A stretch of 46,909 nt of DNA, the filler included, from Sphacelaria rigidula (taxonomy: Eukaryota), in assembly GCA_964200075.2 (NCBI GenBank). It is 2 parts of 2 records of this genome, joined end to end, with 100 filler letters (N's around TTAATTAATTAA, not from the genome) between each part and the next. Parts side by side here need not be neighbours in the genome. Positions count along the whole stretch, not along the records: positions 1 to 23,407 come from CAXNAA020000263.1; 1 more part is not named here. The stretch is one strand, 5' to 3'. The translations under genes and the position numbers were made by a program. The first letter of the stretch is position 1. Every line of letters begins with the position of its first letter. The notes under the pieces are model-generated. The model was not told the DNA's origin. It searched no databases and was given only the letters and a program-made list of their open reading frames with translations. Of this stretch, positions 12,774-23,047 are shown piece by piece.

Positions 12774-12900
12774 TCACTCCCACCGGATTTGTACAACATC
12801 CGCCGTTTGTTCCGCGATGCGCTGGGACCCCTGCAAACACATGATGGCATAAATGAACCGCAGGGACGAGCCGAACACAGGAAACCTCAACGATGCTAAG
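12774..12900 (-). pseudogene. Possible degraded SWIM zinc-finger fragment (MULE/FAR1-type transposase)
   Basis: The minus strand translates VSC-x9-CHHVFAG and, after a 1-nt frameshift, SQRIAEQTADVVQIRW. This resembles the CxC-x9-CxH...RW layout of MULE SWIM domains, but the first Cys is absent and the frame is closed upstream. Confidence 0.25.
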
Positions 12901-13780
12901 TATTGCTGCGGTGTCGGACCATGGTAATTGGGGGAAAGCTCGTACTGTCTACGTGATTTTCGTGGCACATGTTCTTCGAACTTTCTTGTTCGGGAAAAGT
13001 GCTGTGATTTTGTTTGTTAACGACGTGGTAGGCCTGTGAGATGGGTACCATCGGTGTGAAGGAAAGCCTCACACCGCCGTACCTTTCGCCTTCGCTTTGA
13101 ATGTTGACATTTTTGGACTGGAGCATGATTCCGCAGCAATCAAATTTCACTGTTTACTGCAACATCCATAAGTTGGGAGCGGCTGAGAGTTTTCAGACGG
13201 TGGAAAATGAAGAAAAAAATCATGGTTTCGTTTCAGGCTTTCCAACAAAACTAGGTCGGCGAGCTGGCTGTGAAAGCTTGTTCGTTCTATTTGTCGCGAA
13301 AACGGGCACCTTGTTGTGAAATGTTCGAGCCATTGACCACCCGCCCGGCACGTGTTCGTGTCATTCGAGACTTACACCGCCACATAGATGTATCCAGTGT
13401 CTCATCAGTATCATCCACGCCGTGATGGGCAAATGTGCATCGCATACGAGCTGGGCCAGCCATCAGTGGGTAGTTTTCTCGCTCAGGCGACGCACGGCAT
13501 AATATTAGGAGTTGGACGCTGAAATTCCGACAGCAGCTTCTTATCATTTACATGCGAAACATCCCGAAAGCAGCATAGAAAAGAAGGAAAAACAAAAATA
13601 TATATTGGGATTTGAAATTTCAGCTAAAACAGGATAATGTCGTGAATCCAGGAAAAAACGAGAGTCTGCAGCTGCTCCCGGCAGGTAACATTTCCTTGGG
13701 TGCAAAAGGTCTTCGTGAAATTTCAGTCCAAGACTAGTCGAATTCGGCCGTGCGTGCAACGTTTCGCGTGACGTAGCCCC

Positions 13781-13860
13781 GCCCCTATAATTCAAGTGAT
13801 AAAGGAGACTCCAATCATCGAGATCGTGAGTTCGAATCTCAACATTTTCTCTTTTTTTTC
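13781..13860 (+). repeat. Degenerate tRNA-like (Pol III A/B box) head, probably a SINE relic
   Basis: A-box-like TATAATTCAAGTGAT, B-box GTTCGAATC (13830-13838), then a T-run. No intact cloverleaf. Confidence 0.4.
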
Positions 13861-15578
13861 TCGTCCGTCGTTACGGTTATATAATATGCAGTACGTTTTG
13901 TTTCAGTTTTTCAATTCATTGAGCAATGGCGCCGTGTGTCACCAGGTTTGTCTGCACTTCATGGTGGTATACTTACATCGGGTCCATTCGGGAAACTGGG
14001 AAACCCGTAGTGTGAACAACGTTTTGCCGCTCTCAAGCTGGCCCAGCTGGTAGCGTGTCGGCGAATCCAGCGTTTGTGGGCTCAGAGCGTGGTGCGAGCG
14101 CGGAAATACGGTGTAAAAGTAGGGCAATGAAACACGAATATGCTCCCACCACATCTTGGACGGGTCAATACTCTCCAGTGGTGGTACACTCGAGTCTATA
14201 TTCCCGGTATTCAAAATCATTATGTTCGAGTTTTCACTCGTTAGGCGTGACCCTTGCCATTTTCTCAAATTTTCACCCCTGCCGTTTGACCTCCGTGCGG
14301 ACATGACGGCCGACGGCCATCTCGTAACGTTCGGCCTGGGGCGAACCCCACCTCCAGAAGTGGCGTGTGCGTCGACTTCTCATGTTTGACTGAGCTCGCC
14401 CGATCGTGGGAGGTGTTATTAGCAAAGTGCACGTCGCCGCCCACCTTCAGCACTCAGTACACGGGTTGTCGACTTGACGTGCCTTTTCAAAGCGCGTGTC
14501 GTGCTCATCTCCAGCATATGCCCAGACTAGCGACCACGCGGTGGATATGCACTACCGCTTTTGTGGTTGTCATAAGATCGCCAGGTATCATGTGCCTCTT
14601 CAAAAAGCGACTGTCGAGTTTTATTCGTATGATATACCCGACCATGCATGATTTCGAAAAGTCATTCGCACAGTATACTCCTTTTGGGGGTGCACCAACA
14701 CATGTAACCCGAGTAAATGATTGGATGCCAGACAGGCACTATATATATATATATGTATATATCGACCATGTTTCAAGCCCTAAAGGAGCAATACATGGCC
14801 GGCAGAATACGTCGCGCGTACGTGAGTGCAACAGAGGTTGGGCGTAAACGAGCGCAGTGTATGTATTGCGCGTGTACTATACACATGTGTCGATAGGTAC
14901 AACGCACGTCGACGGCAAATTCGAGTCGTTTGTTGGACACAACACATCGAGACGTATATGAGAGTTGGTATGGGGTGCGTTATCAGGCTCGCCGTCGCTA
15001 TTCGACAACATTTTGCCAGATGCACAATATTTCCCACGTGTTTTCCCGACGTCCTTCGTATATGTATTGTACTATTCCTACATAATATCGATGGCCAGCG
15101 GTTTGCGCCATGGTAGAATGATATAATGATACCCTTTGCATACTCGTAGTTCGTGCTCGCCATACATTGTCGCATCAATATATCATGTTTTCTCTTGGCT
15201 CGATATACTCCATAGATCAACCAGTCCATGTATCGGCCCCTGGCGGGTGAAGTACATATTGGAATATTGCTCGGAGGGCAACCTCAGGTCCAATACATGC
15301 CAACACGAACCCCAACGTACTGCGCGGTCTCGATAATCCCAACCAGGGCATACGTCAAGACCCAAATATGCGCCGTTTACGTTGTAAAGAATTGACATGT
15401 GTCGAAACCTCTCTGTCATTGGCGCGGGAGCACCTGAAGCTGGCAGGATTTCAGGCACAGTCTCAGTCACACCGAACAAAGGCAAGAGCAAGAGTGGTCG
15501 GTGCGATGGTAGGCTTGTAGTACGCATGTCTTCAAGTGGTGGTGTGTGCGCTATTTCTACCATGCTTCTCGTAATTCT

Positions 15579-15697
15579 CCCCCTCCCTCGAGTCCGGCGA
15601 AAACCCGGCGTGCTCCGTCCCGGCTTTGTAGGGATGCGAGGTCAGTGGTGTCATGACTATGGCATGCATGATCATGAGTACACCCCCTCCCTCGAGT
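15579..15697 (+). repeat. Dispersed repeat flanked by C-rich direct repeats
   Basis: Core GTCCGGCGAAAACCCGGCGTGCTCCGT...GACTATGGCATGCATGATCATGAGTACAC is nearly identical to 42897-42988. CCCCCTCCCTCGAGT occurs on both sides (15579-15593, 15683-15697). Confidence 0.8.
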
Positions 15698-17754
15698 TTC
15701 CACCATCAATAGCGAGTGTTTGTGTTACGTTTACCCTGATTGCACCCGTCTTGTGATCACGTCTGAATTCCTTTGCAACCAGTTGGTATGCGACAATTAA
15801 ACAACACGAGGAACCCATATGTTATTTCCATAATAAATCAAATGCCATGGCATGTACGAAATATGACCATGAACAAAACGCCTAGGTGACGAGAACCTAA
15901 GCCTGTCGACCCACTGAGGAAGGTGCTTCCCCTCCATTCACCCCGCGGTCTCGTGTTTGGGGACGGCTTTGGTTTTCTCCTAGAGTGATGTTTTACCCAA
16001 CGACCTGTGACGTGAGATGGTGTAACTCTAACGTGCCACCAGGTGTTGATCTTCTCGTTTGCCGAAAGCACTGTTACTCTGGGGTGTATGTGTCCAATGT
16101 GCCGGTGCTGAATCTACTCGATTTTGTGTGCTCCTGACTAGTGCTATTTTGCTCCAGCACCCCGGTTCCAGTCCATACGAAACGATCCATGTTCACCACG
16201 ACCACATACAGTAGGTTATCCCAGTTGCAAAGTTTTTGGTTTGAGTGGTCGTCACACACACGGGGGCGGTGCATATGGTGTATCCCTCTCCATACGTCGA
16301 GCCATACTCATTCGGGTAATCGGCATCAACTCTCGATGCATAGTACGGAGGACTGTCGAGTAAATGGCGCGGTTAATCATGGCGTCTTCGAAAGTCGTGT
16401 TTTTGTTTAACGTGGATGATGTGACCATGCGTTCGTTACGGACTGTCTAAAGAAATTCATCGAGATTGTCATGTACCGATGTTGAGGCGACCTGATTTTT
16501 TTTTATCTCCAACTGACACGAGATCATGTCTTGAAACCTGGGCTTCACTCACGCCATACCGCGACTTGGCAAAATCTTCACGATATGTGCTTCTCTTGCA
16601 ACGAGTTAACTTGAATACTTGTACTTCTCTACGTTTCGAAGTATCTATATTACGCAATCATCTCGTCTCTCCTCCTGTTTGCATTTAGGCTAAGAGTGCT
16701 TCGGAAGTCCAGCTTTCAGCAAGGTACTGGCGTTTGCTTCTCGCATGAAGGGGCGGAAGTGTTGGTGTTTGCTGCATTTGTTCTCACAGCCAGTTTCCAT
16801 CAGTTGCCTTCCATTCGTTATGGGGTCTTTCTGAGCTATCGCATTTGAGATGAGTCAATATTGAGCACACAATACATTGGATTTCTTATATGCTGTGTCG
16901 GTTTCTCGATTCCTTCATAAAAGGGTCGCAGTCGGTTGTTTTTCTCCGTTTTTGTAGTATAGTTGTCTCTACTTGTTCTTTGTCCGTACTTGTGTGTTGC
17001 ATGCATGTCAACGGGCTGTGCGGAAAATGGCCGTTTGGAATCATCTGTCGCCGAGATAACTGACTGCCTTTTTGAGGCCTGGGGTCCTCGGGCGGTTGTG
17101 TCTATACGCACCACAATCGCGGCAGCATCCACTAATGCAGAATGTTTCATAACGGTACTCATGGCAAGAAGGTTAGAATCCTGAGTCATGAAACTTCACA
17201 CACGCAAGTGGTCGAGGTTGAGTATAGGGGTTTTTGATATTCACATACATGTAGAAAATTTGTCAAGCTTTATGCATAACACGACTGGCGGCAACAAGGG
17301 GCGAGGTTCGAATTTCTTGACGAGGCTCGATATCATCCAAACATTCATCACTTGTTGAAAGCACGTAGTATTTTCTCTTTACCACAGAAACTACCAGCAG
17401 TATTTTATGTTTAGCAAATTGAATGTTTGACAGAGCAAAGGCCTAACTAGTCTCGTCACATAGTGGAGGCCCAAGCAAGATATGAACAGCCCATGCTCAC
17501 CATTTTCCTTGAAAAAAACTGTACGTCGCTTCTGACACTTTTGGCGATGTTCGACCCCGTGTTTGCATCCGTTTGATATCACCAGGCAGCGCCAAGAGGG
17601 ACAACCGGCCCCTCTTGTTCGGCCATCTGACAGAGGAACTTCTAGCAGCAGCCGAAATTGCGTGCGCCGAAATCGCTTGTTATGCTGACGCGGTGGCGAT
17701 GCTAGCTTAGCAGCGCCCCCCCGAGGGCTGCTTGACATTATACATACATATATC

Positions 17755-20592
17755 ATGGCGTGCGTCAACGTCGAGGAGCTTCCGGCGAAGAAGGCAGGGA
17801 TCGTTCATGGGGTGAACAATGAGTGCGGCAACGAGGACTGCTCCAAACGACCATCTGTTGGTGTACCAGGGAGTCGGTCAACAGAGTTCTGTGCCGACCA
17901 CGCCTGGTCGGGGATGATGAATGAAGTGAGCAACACATGCGTCATCGGTGGCTGCTCCAAACGACCATCGTTTGGTGTAGCAGGAAGCCGTAAGGCTGAG
18001 TTCTGTGCCGGCCACGCCGAGCCGTCGATGGTCGATGTTTGGAGTAAGAAGTGTGGCAACGAGGGCTGCTCTGAACAACCATCGTATGGTGTACCGGGGA
18101 GCCGGAAAGCGGAGTTCTGTGTCGACCACGCCGGACCTGGTTTGGTTGATATGAGGAGCAAAAAGTGTAGCAACGAGGGCTGCTCTAGACAACCATCGTT
18201 TGGTGTAGCGGGAAGTCATAAGGCTGAGTTCTGTGCCGGCCACGCCGAGCCGGCGATGGTCGATGTTTGGAGTAAGAAGTGTAGCAACAAGGGCTGCTCT
18301 AGACAGCCATCGTATGGTGTAGCAGGAAGTCGTAAGGCTGAGTTCTGTGCCGGCCACGCCGAGCCGGCGATGGTCGATGTTTGGAGTAAGAAGTGTAGCA
18401 ACGAGGGCTGCTCTAGACAGCCATCGTATGGTGTAGCGGGGAGCCGGAAGGCGGAGTTCTGTGCCGACCACGCCGGACCTGGTTTGGTTGATGTGAGGAG
18501 CAAAAAGTGTAGCAACGAGGGCTGCTCTAGACAGCCATCGTATGGTGTAGCGGGGAGCCGCAAGGCGGAGTTCTGTGCCGGCCACGCCAGGCCTGGTATG
18601 GTCAATATGATCAATGTAGGGAACAGACAGTGTGGCAACGAGGGCTGCTCTAAACAACCATCGTATGGTGTAGCGGGGAGCCGGAAGGCGGAGTGCTGTG
18701 CCGACCACGCCGGACCTGGTTTGGTTGATGTGAGAAGCAAAAAGTGTAGCAACGAGGGCTGCTCCAAACAACCATCGTATGGCGTAGCGGGAAGCCCCAA
18801 GGCGGAGTGCTGTGCTGACCACGCCGGGCCTGGAATGATCGATGTGAGGAACAAAAAGTGTGGCAACGAGGGCTGCTTTAAACGCCCATCGTATGGTGTA
18901 GCGAGAAGCCGGAGAGCAGAGTTCTGTGCTGACCACGCCAGGGCGGGGATGGTCAATTTGTGGAGTAAGAAGTGTGGCAACGAGGGCTGCTTTAAACAGC
19001 CATCGTATGGTGCAGCAGGAGACCGGAAGGCGAAGTTCTGTGCCCACCACGCCGTGTCTGGGATGGTCAATGTAAGGAGCAGGAGATGTGGCAACGAGGG
19101 TTGCTCGAAGAAACCATCGTATGGTGTAGCGGGAAGTCGGTCGGCGAGATTCTGTTGTAACCACGCGAGTGTGGGGATGGTTGATGTGAGGAGCAAAAAG
19201 TGCGGTCACGAGGGCTGCCCCAAACAACCATCGTTCGGTGCAACAGGAAGCCGGAAGGCGGAGTTCTGTGCCGACCACGCCGGGCCTGGTATGGTCGATG
19301 TGAGGAGCAAAAAGTGTGGCCACGAGGGCTGCCCCAAACAACCATCGTTCGGTGTAACAGGAAGCCGGAAGGCGGAGTTCTGTGCCGACCACGCCGGGCC
19401 TGGTATGGTCGATGTAAGGAGCAAAAAGTGTGGTCACGAGGGCTGCCCCAAACGCCCATTGTATGGTGAAGCGGGAAGCCGGAACGCAGAGTCCTGTGCC
19501 GACCACGCCAGGGTGGGGATGGTTCATTTGTGGAGCAAGAAGTGTGGCAACGAGGGCTGCTCCAAACAGCCATCGTATGGTGTAGCGGGAGGCCGGAAGG
19601 CGGAGTTCTGTGCCCACCACGCCGGGTCTGGGATGGTAAATGTTAGGAGCAAGAAGTGTGGCAACGAGGGTTGCTCCAAACAGCGATCGTATGGTGTAGC
19701 GGGAAGCCGGAACAAGGAGTTTTGTGTCGACCACGCCGGTCCTGGAATGATTGATTCAGGGAGCAGAAAGTGTGGCCACGAGGGCTGCTCCAAACGCCAA
19801 TCGTATGGTGAAACGGGGAGCCGGAAGGCGGAGTTCTGTGCCGATCACGCCGGGGCGGGGATGATCGATGCAACGAAGGAGAAGTGTGGCAACGGGGGTT
19901 GCTCCAAACGACCATCGTACGGTGTAGCGGCAGGCCGGAAGGTGGAGTCATGCGACAAGCACGACGAGGCGAGGATGTTCGATAAGTGCGACAACAAGGG
20001 CTACGCGAATCGGTGTGTGTACAGCATTGATGACGTTGAACAGTGGAACGCATGCCAATATGATGCAAATCACACAATGGCCTCCACCTCTAGAGCAACC
20101 AAGCGTGGGCAACAGGGAGGCATTTTCGATCAAGTTTCCACCCAGGACAGACAACCCAATCATTCCACTAGTCACGATGGCGGTGTCGGTGATATCGGGT
20201 TCACCCCTCTTCTACTCGTCGCTTCTGAACTTGTTGTTGGCGCGCCCTCGCAACCCGCCGAGGGTGCCAAAGGAGGACAGGAGGCGAGGCCGCACACAAG
20301 GGTGAAATTGGAGGAGTCTGCCTCCCTTCAGCACCCCAGGCAGAGCTTGCGAATGAGGGTCGGCGTGGTGGCGTACTCTGATGATGGTGAGAACCGCAGG
20401 ATTGGCAGTAACTCCAGCGACAGTTGTGATGGGAGAATGAAGAAACGAATTTGCAAGATACCGTCGATGGTTCGTGAACACATCCCGACAGGAGACACTG
20501 CGATGGATGCTTCTTCAGTGGTACTCGATGGAATAGGGGAAGACGTGAAAATGGAGCTGGCAGTTTTGGCTCCGTTTCACCCCCTCGTGTAA
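17755..20592 (+). CDS. EsV-1-7 domain (cysteine-rich zinc-finger-like repeat) protein, 945 aa
   Basis: Uninterrupted ATG-TAA ORF with 19 complete plus 1 degenerate 38-aa repeats C-x4-C-x16-C-x2-H-x12 (e.g. CGNEGCSKQPSYGVAGSRKAEFCADHAGPGMVDVRSKK). This is the motif of the Ectocarpus virus protein EsV-1-7 and the brown algal IMM family. The low-complexity C-terminal tail carries VKLE/VKME motifs and a basic MKKRICK patch. An upstream exon cannot be excluded. Confidence 0.93.
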   Translation: MACVNVEELPAKKAGIVHGVNNECGNEDCSKRPSVGVPGSRSTEFCADHAWSGMMNEVSNTCVIGGCSKRPSFGVAGSRKAEFCAGHAEPSMVDVWSKKCGNEGCSEQPSYGVPGSRKAEFCVDHAGPGLVDMRSKKCSNEGCSRQPSFGVAGSHKAEFCAGHAEPAMVDVWSKKCSNKGCSRQPSYGVAGSRKAEFCAGHAEPAMVDVWSKKCSNEGCSRQPSYGVAGSRKAEFCADHAGPGLVDVRSKKCSNEGCSRQPSYGVAGSRKAEFCAGHARPGMVNMINVGNRQCGNEGCSKQPSYGVAGSRKAECCADHAGPGLVDVRSKKCSNEGCSKQPSYGVAGSPKAECCADHAGPGMIDVRNKKCGNEGCFKRPSYGVARSRRAEFCADHARAGMVNLWSKKCGNEGCFKQPSYGAAGDRKAKFCAHHAVSGMVNVRSRRCGNEGCSKKPSYGVAGSRSARFCCNHASVGMVDVRSKKCGHEGCPKQPSFGATGSRKAEFCADHAGPGMVDVRSKKCGHEGCPKQPSFGVTGSRKAEFCADHAGPGMVDVRSKKCGHEGCPKRPLYGEAGSRNAESCADHARVGMVHLWSKKCGNEGCSKQPSYGVAGGRKAEFCAHHAGSGMVNVRSKKCGNEGCSKQRSYGVAGSRNKEFCVDHAGPGMIDSGSRKCGHEGCSKRQSYGETGSRKAEFCADHAGAGMIDATKEKCGNGGCSKRPSYGVAAGRKVESCDKHDEARMFDKCDNKGYANRCVYSIDDVEQWNACQYDANHTMASTSRATKRGQQGGIFDQVSTQDRQPNHSTSHDGGVGDIGFTPLLLVASELVVGAPSQPAEGAKGGQEARPHTRVKLEESASLQHPRQSLRMRVGVVAYSDDGENRRIGSNSSDSCDGRMKKRICKIPSMVREHIPTGDTAMDASSVVLDGIGEDVKMELAVLAPFHPLV

Positions 20593-20944
20593 GTGTCAAG
20601 ATGAACGCGAGTTGGCCTTATGATGACGTGCTCGCTGCACGCTGATCTGAGCCCAGCGCCAGTTTACTCTGGAGCGTTTGGTAGAATATTCACATGGCCT
20701 GGTCGTGGTGTCGTGGATGAGAGCGACAGGCACTTATGATCGACATCTGGCGTGAGTGGCAGTAAGATAAAATATTACAAGTAGTTCGACACCGGGTCAG
20801 ACATAGCTTGAACATTGTTTCCTCGACTGGAACGGGCTCTGCCATCCGTTCAAGATCTCTCGTTGCAACTGCCCCGTCCCCCGCTGTCTCTACTCCCTTG
20901 TTGGGGCAACAGTAGTAGCCGATCGTTCTTCATGGGTTTGACTA

Positions 20945-23036
20945 CAATATATTCTCAAAATATAATAGTCGATCATATTGGAATTTTGCGATATAGTGCC
21001 GGCGTAATATATATTTGTACCCTTGGAGTGCTCACGTATTACGCGCCCAATATCTATTGGTACTGTGGGGTCGAACACACATTGTCCCATCAATATATAT
21101 CGGGGCAGCGTGGGCGACAGCATATTGCACGACCAATATATATTAGGGTCGCATTGATGAGAACATATTGACCGGTCAATACGTATTGGATATTATAAGT
21201 ATGGTGTGCGCTTTGAGAAAGATCCAAACGTGATGGATGCCAGAGCCCGTGCAGATTGGGAAAGCTTGAAAGGGAGCCGCAGTAGTTCGCATGCATTACT
21301 ACGGAGAGTTGTAGACTGCGTCTGATATGTATCACACCCTGGACTAAACAATATGTTTCCAATATATATTAGTCGATCATATTGGAATTTTGCGATATAT
21401 TGTCTGTGTAACCTATATTGGTACCCTTAGACTGCACATGTATTGCGCGCCCAATATATATTGATGTCATGGGACTGCATACATATTGCCCGCCCAATAG
21501 ATATTGGTACTATTGGGTTGAACACATGATGTCCCATCAATATATATTGGGGCAGAGTGGGCGACAACATATTGCACGACCAATATATATTAAGGTCGCA
21601 TTGATGAGAACATATTGACCGGTCAATTTATATTGGGTCTGCGTGGGTGACAATGTATTGGCCGGTCAATATATGTAGTAGATATTATAAGTATCGTGTA
21701 CGCTCTAGGAGAGATCAAGACGCAATGGATGCCGGAGCCCGTGCAGATTGGGAAAAGCTTTAAAGGGAGCCGCAGAAGTTCGCGTGCATTACTGCGGAAA
21801 GTTGTCGAATGCGTTCGATATGTATATATATATATTATATATACTGGTTCGAAAATATGGTGACAGAATAGGCGATCCGGTATACATGACTCCTGATACC
21901 TATCTGGTCACCGGTGCGGGGCCGCCCATCCCCTTTCCAGCATGTAATATAAATATCTTGGCTGAACATCACGACGACAGAAAACGCGGGTCGATATGCG
22001 CCTTTTGGTACCCCTGTGGTCACCGGGGCTGTGTTGCTTATACCCTGGACAACATAGTATGTTCCAATATGATACCAATACTTTTTATTGGAGCCAGCGC
22101 AAACATTGTCCTTTCAATATATATTGTGCGTGCCGGCCGTGTATGTATTGAAGTGTCAATATATATTGAGTCGAGGCGATGCGTAGCATATTGTTATCGT
22201 AATATATATTTAACGCAAACCATGCAGAAGTATTGCTTTTCCAATATATATTGCGCAAGCTGATCGGATAGCAATTGTGCAGCCAATATATACTGAACAC
22301 GCTTGCGGAGGAATACATGAAGCATTTTTGGCATATAAAATACGTCTTTGAATGGCACCCGCGAACAAAGAAATGCCCCCACAATACTTACTCCAATACA
22401 CTTCCCAATATATATGTTGAAGATCAATATATTTTGCTACATCAACATGTTTGTGACCAACGGTTCCCTCGTGTATTGTCCGCTCAATATATATTGGCGC
22501 TTCGGGTGTCGAGTATATTGAATCGTCAATATATACTGACCTCGGGTGGCAGCAAATATATTGCCCGATAAATATATATTGGTGCCTTCTCGCACCAACA
22601 TATTACTCGGCCAATATATTGAGGTGGTGCGTGTCGTGACATATTGTTCGGTCGATATATATTGCATGTCGCGAGCCTTGATATATTGATGGCACAAAAT
22701 ATATTGACCCTCTCTCGTGTCATCATATTGCTCGCCCATTATATGTTGACCACCCGATGCCTCGATACATTGAGCGGGCAATACATAATACATATTGTAT
22801 CGTCTAGGGTGTGATATAAATATGGTGACAGAAGAGGCGACCCGATATTAATGCCTCCTGATACCTATCTGGCCACCATTGCGGGGCCGCACATCCCCTT
22901 CTCAGTATGTAATGAATATATCTTGGCCAAACATCACGATGACAGAAAACGCGGGTCGGTATGCGCGCTTCAGTACCCCTGTGGTCACCGGGGCTGTGTT
23001 GCTTATACCCTGGACAATATAATATGTTCCAATATA
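20945..23036. repeat. Composite non-coding repeat-spacer array (42-43-bp period, ~25 units) with block duplications
   Basis: CAATATATATTG-type boxes start at 21005, 21048, 21091, 21134, 21177; 21409, 21452, 21495, 21538, 21581, 21624, 21667; 22115, 22157, 22200, 22242, 22284; 22485, 22527, 22570, 22612, 22653, 22695, 22737, 22779. Each is preceded by ATATTG-like + N6 and followed by a variable spacer. Block 20967-21330 is duplicated at 21370-21825, and block 21853-22070 at 22818-23035. Confidence 0.9.
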
Positions 23037-23047
23037 ACAGCTTGGAT

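Noticed and set aside
15800-17750. Endogenous phaeovirus segment upstream of the EsV-1-7 gene
   Set aside because: No viral hallmark ORFs or dense intronless gene packing are visible. The domain alone is common in host genes.
17805-20077. Long minus-strand ORFs (618 aa, 326 aa and others) and an alternative + frame over the EsV-1-7 gene
   Set aside because: These are shadows of the 114-bp coding repeat: a stop-free unit in another frame propagates through the array. They show no independent domain signal.
20945-23036. Calling the array a bona fide CRISPR locus
   Set aside because: The context is eukaryotic, there are no cas genes, the repeats are split and degenerate, and the spacers are only ~15 nt and partly related to each other. 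Reported as a repeat-spacer array of unknown function.
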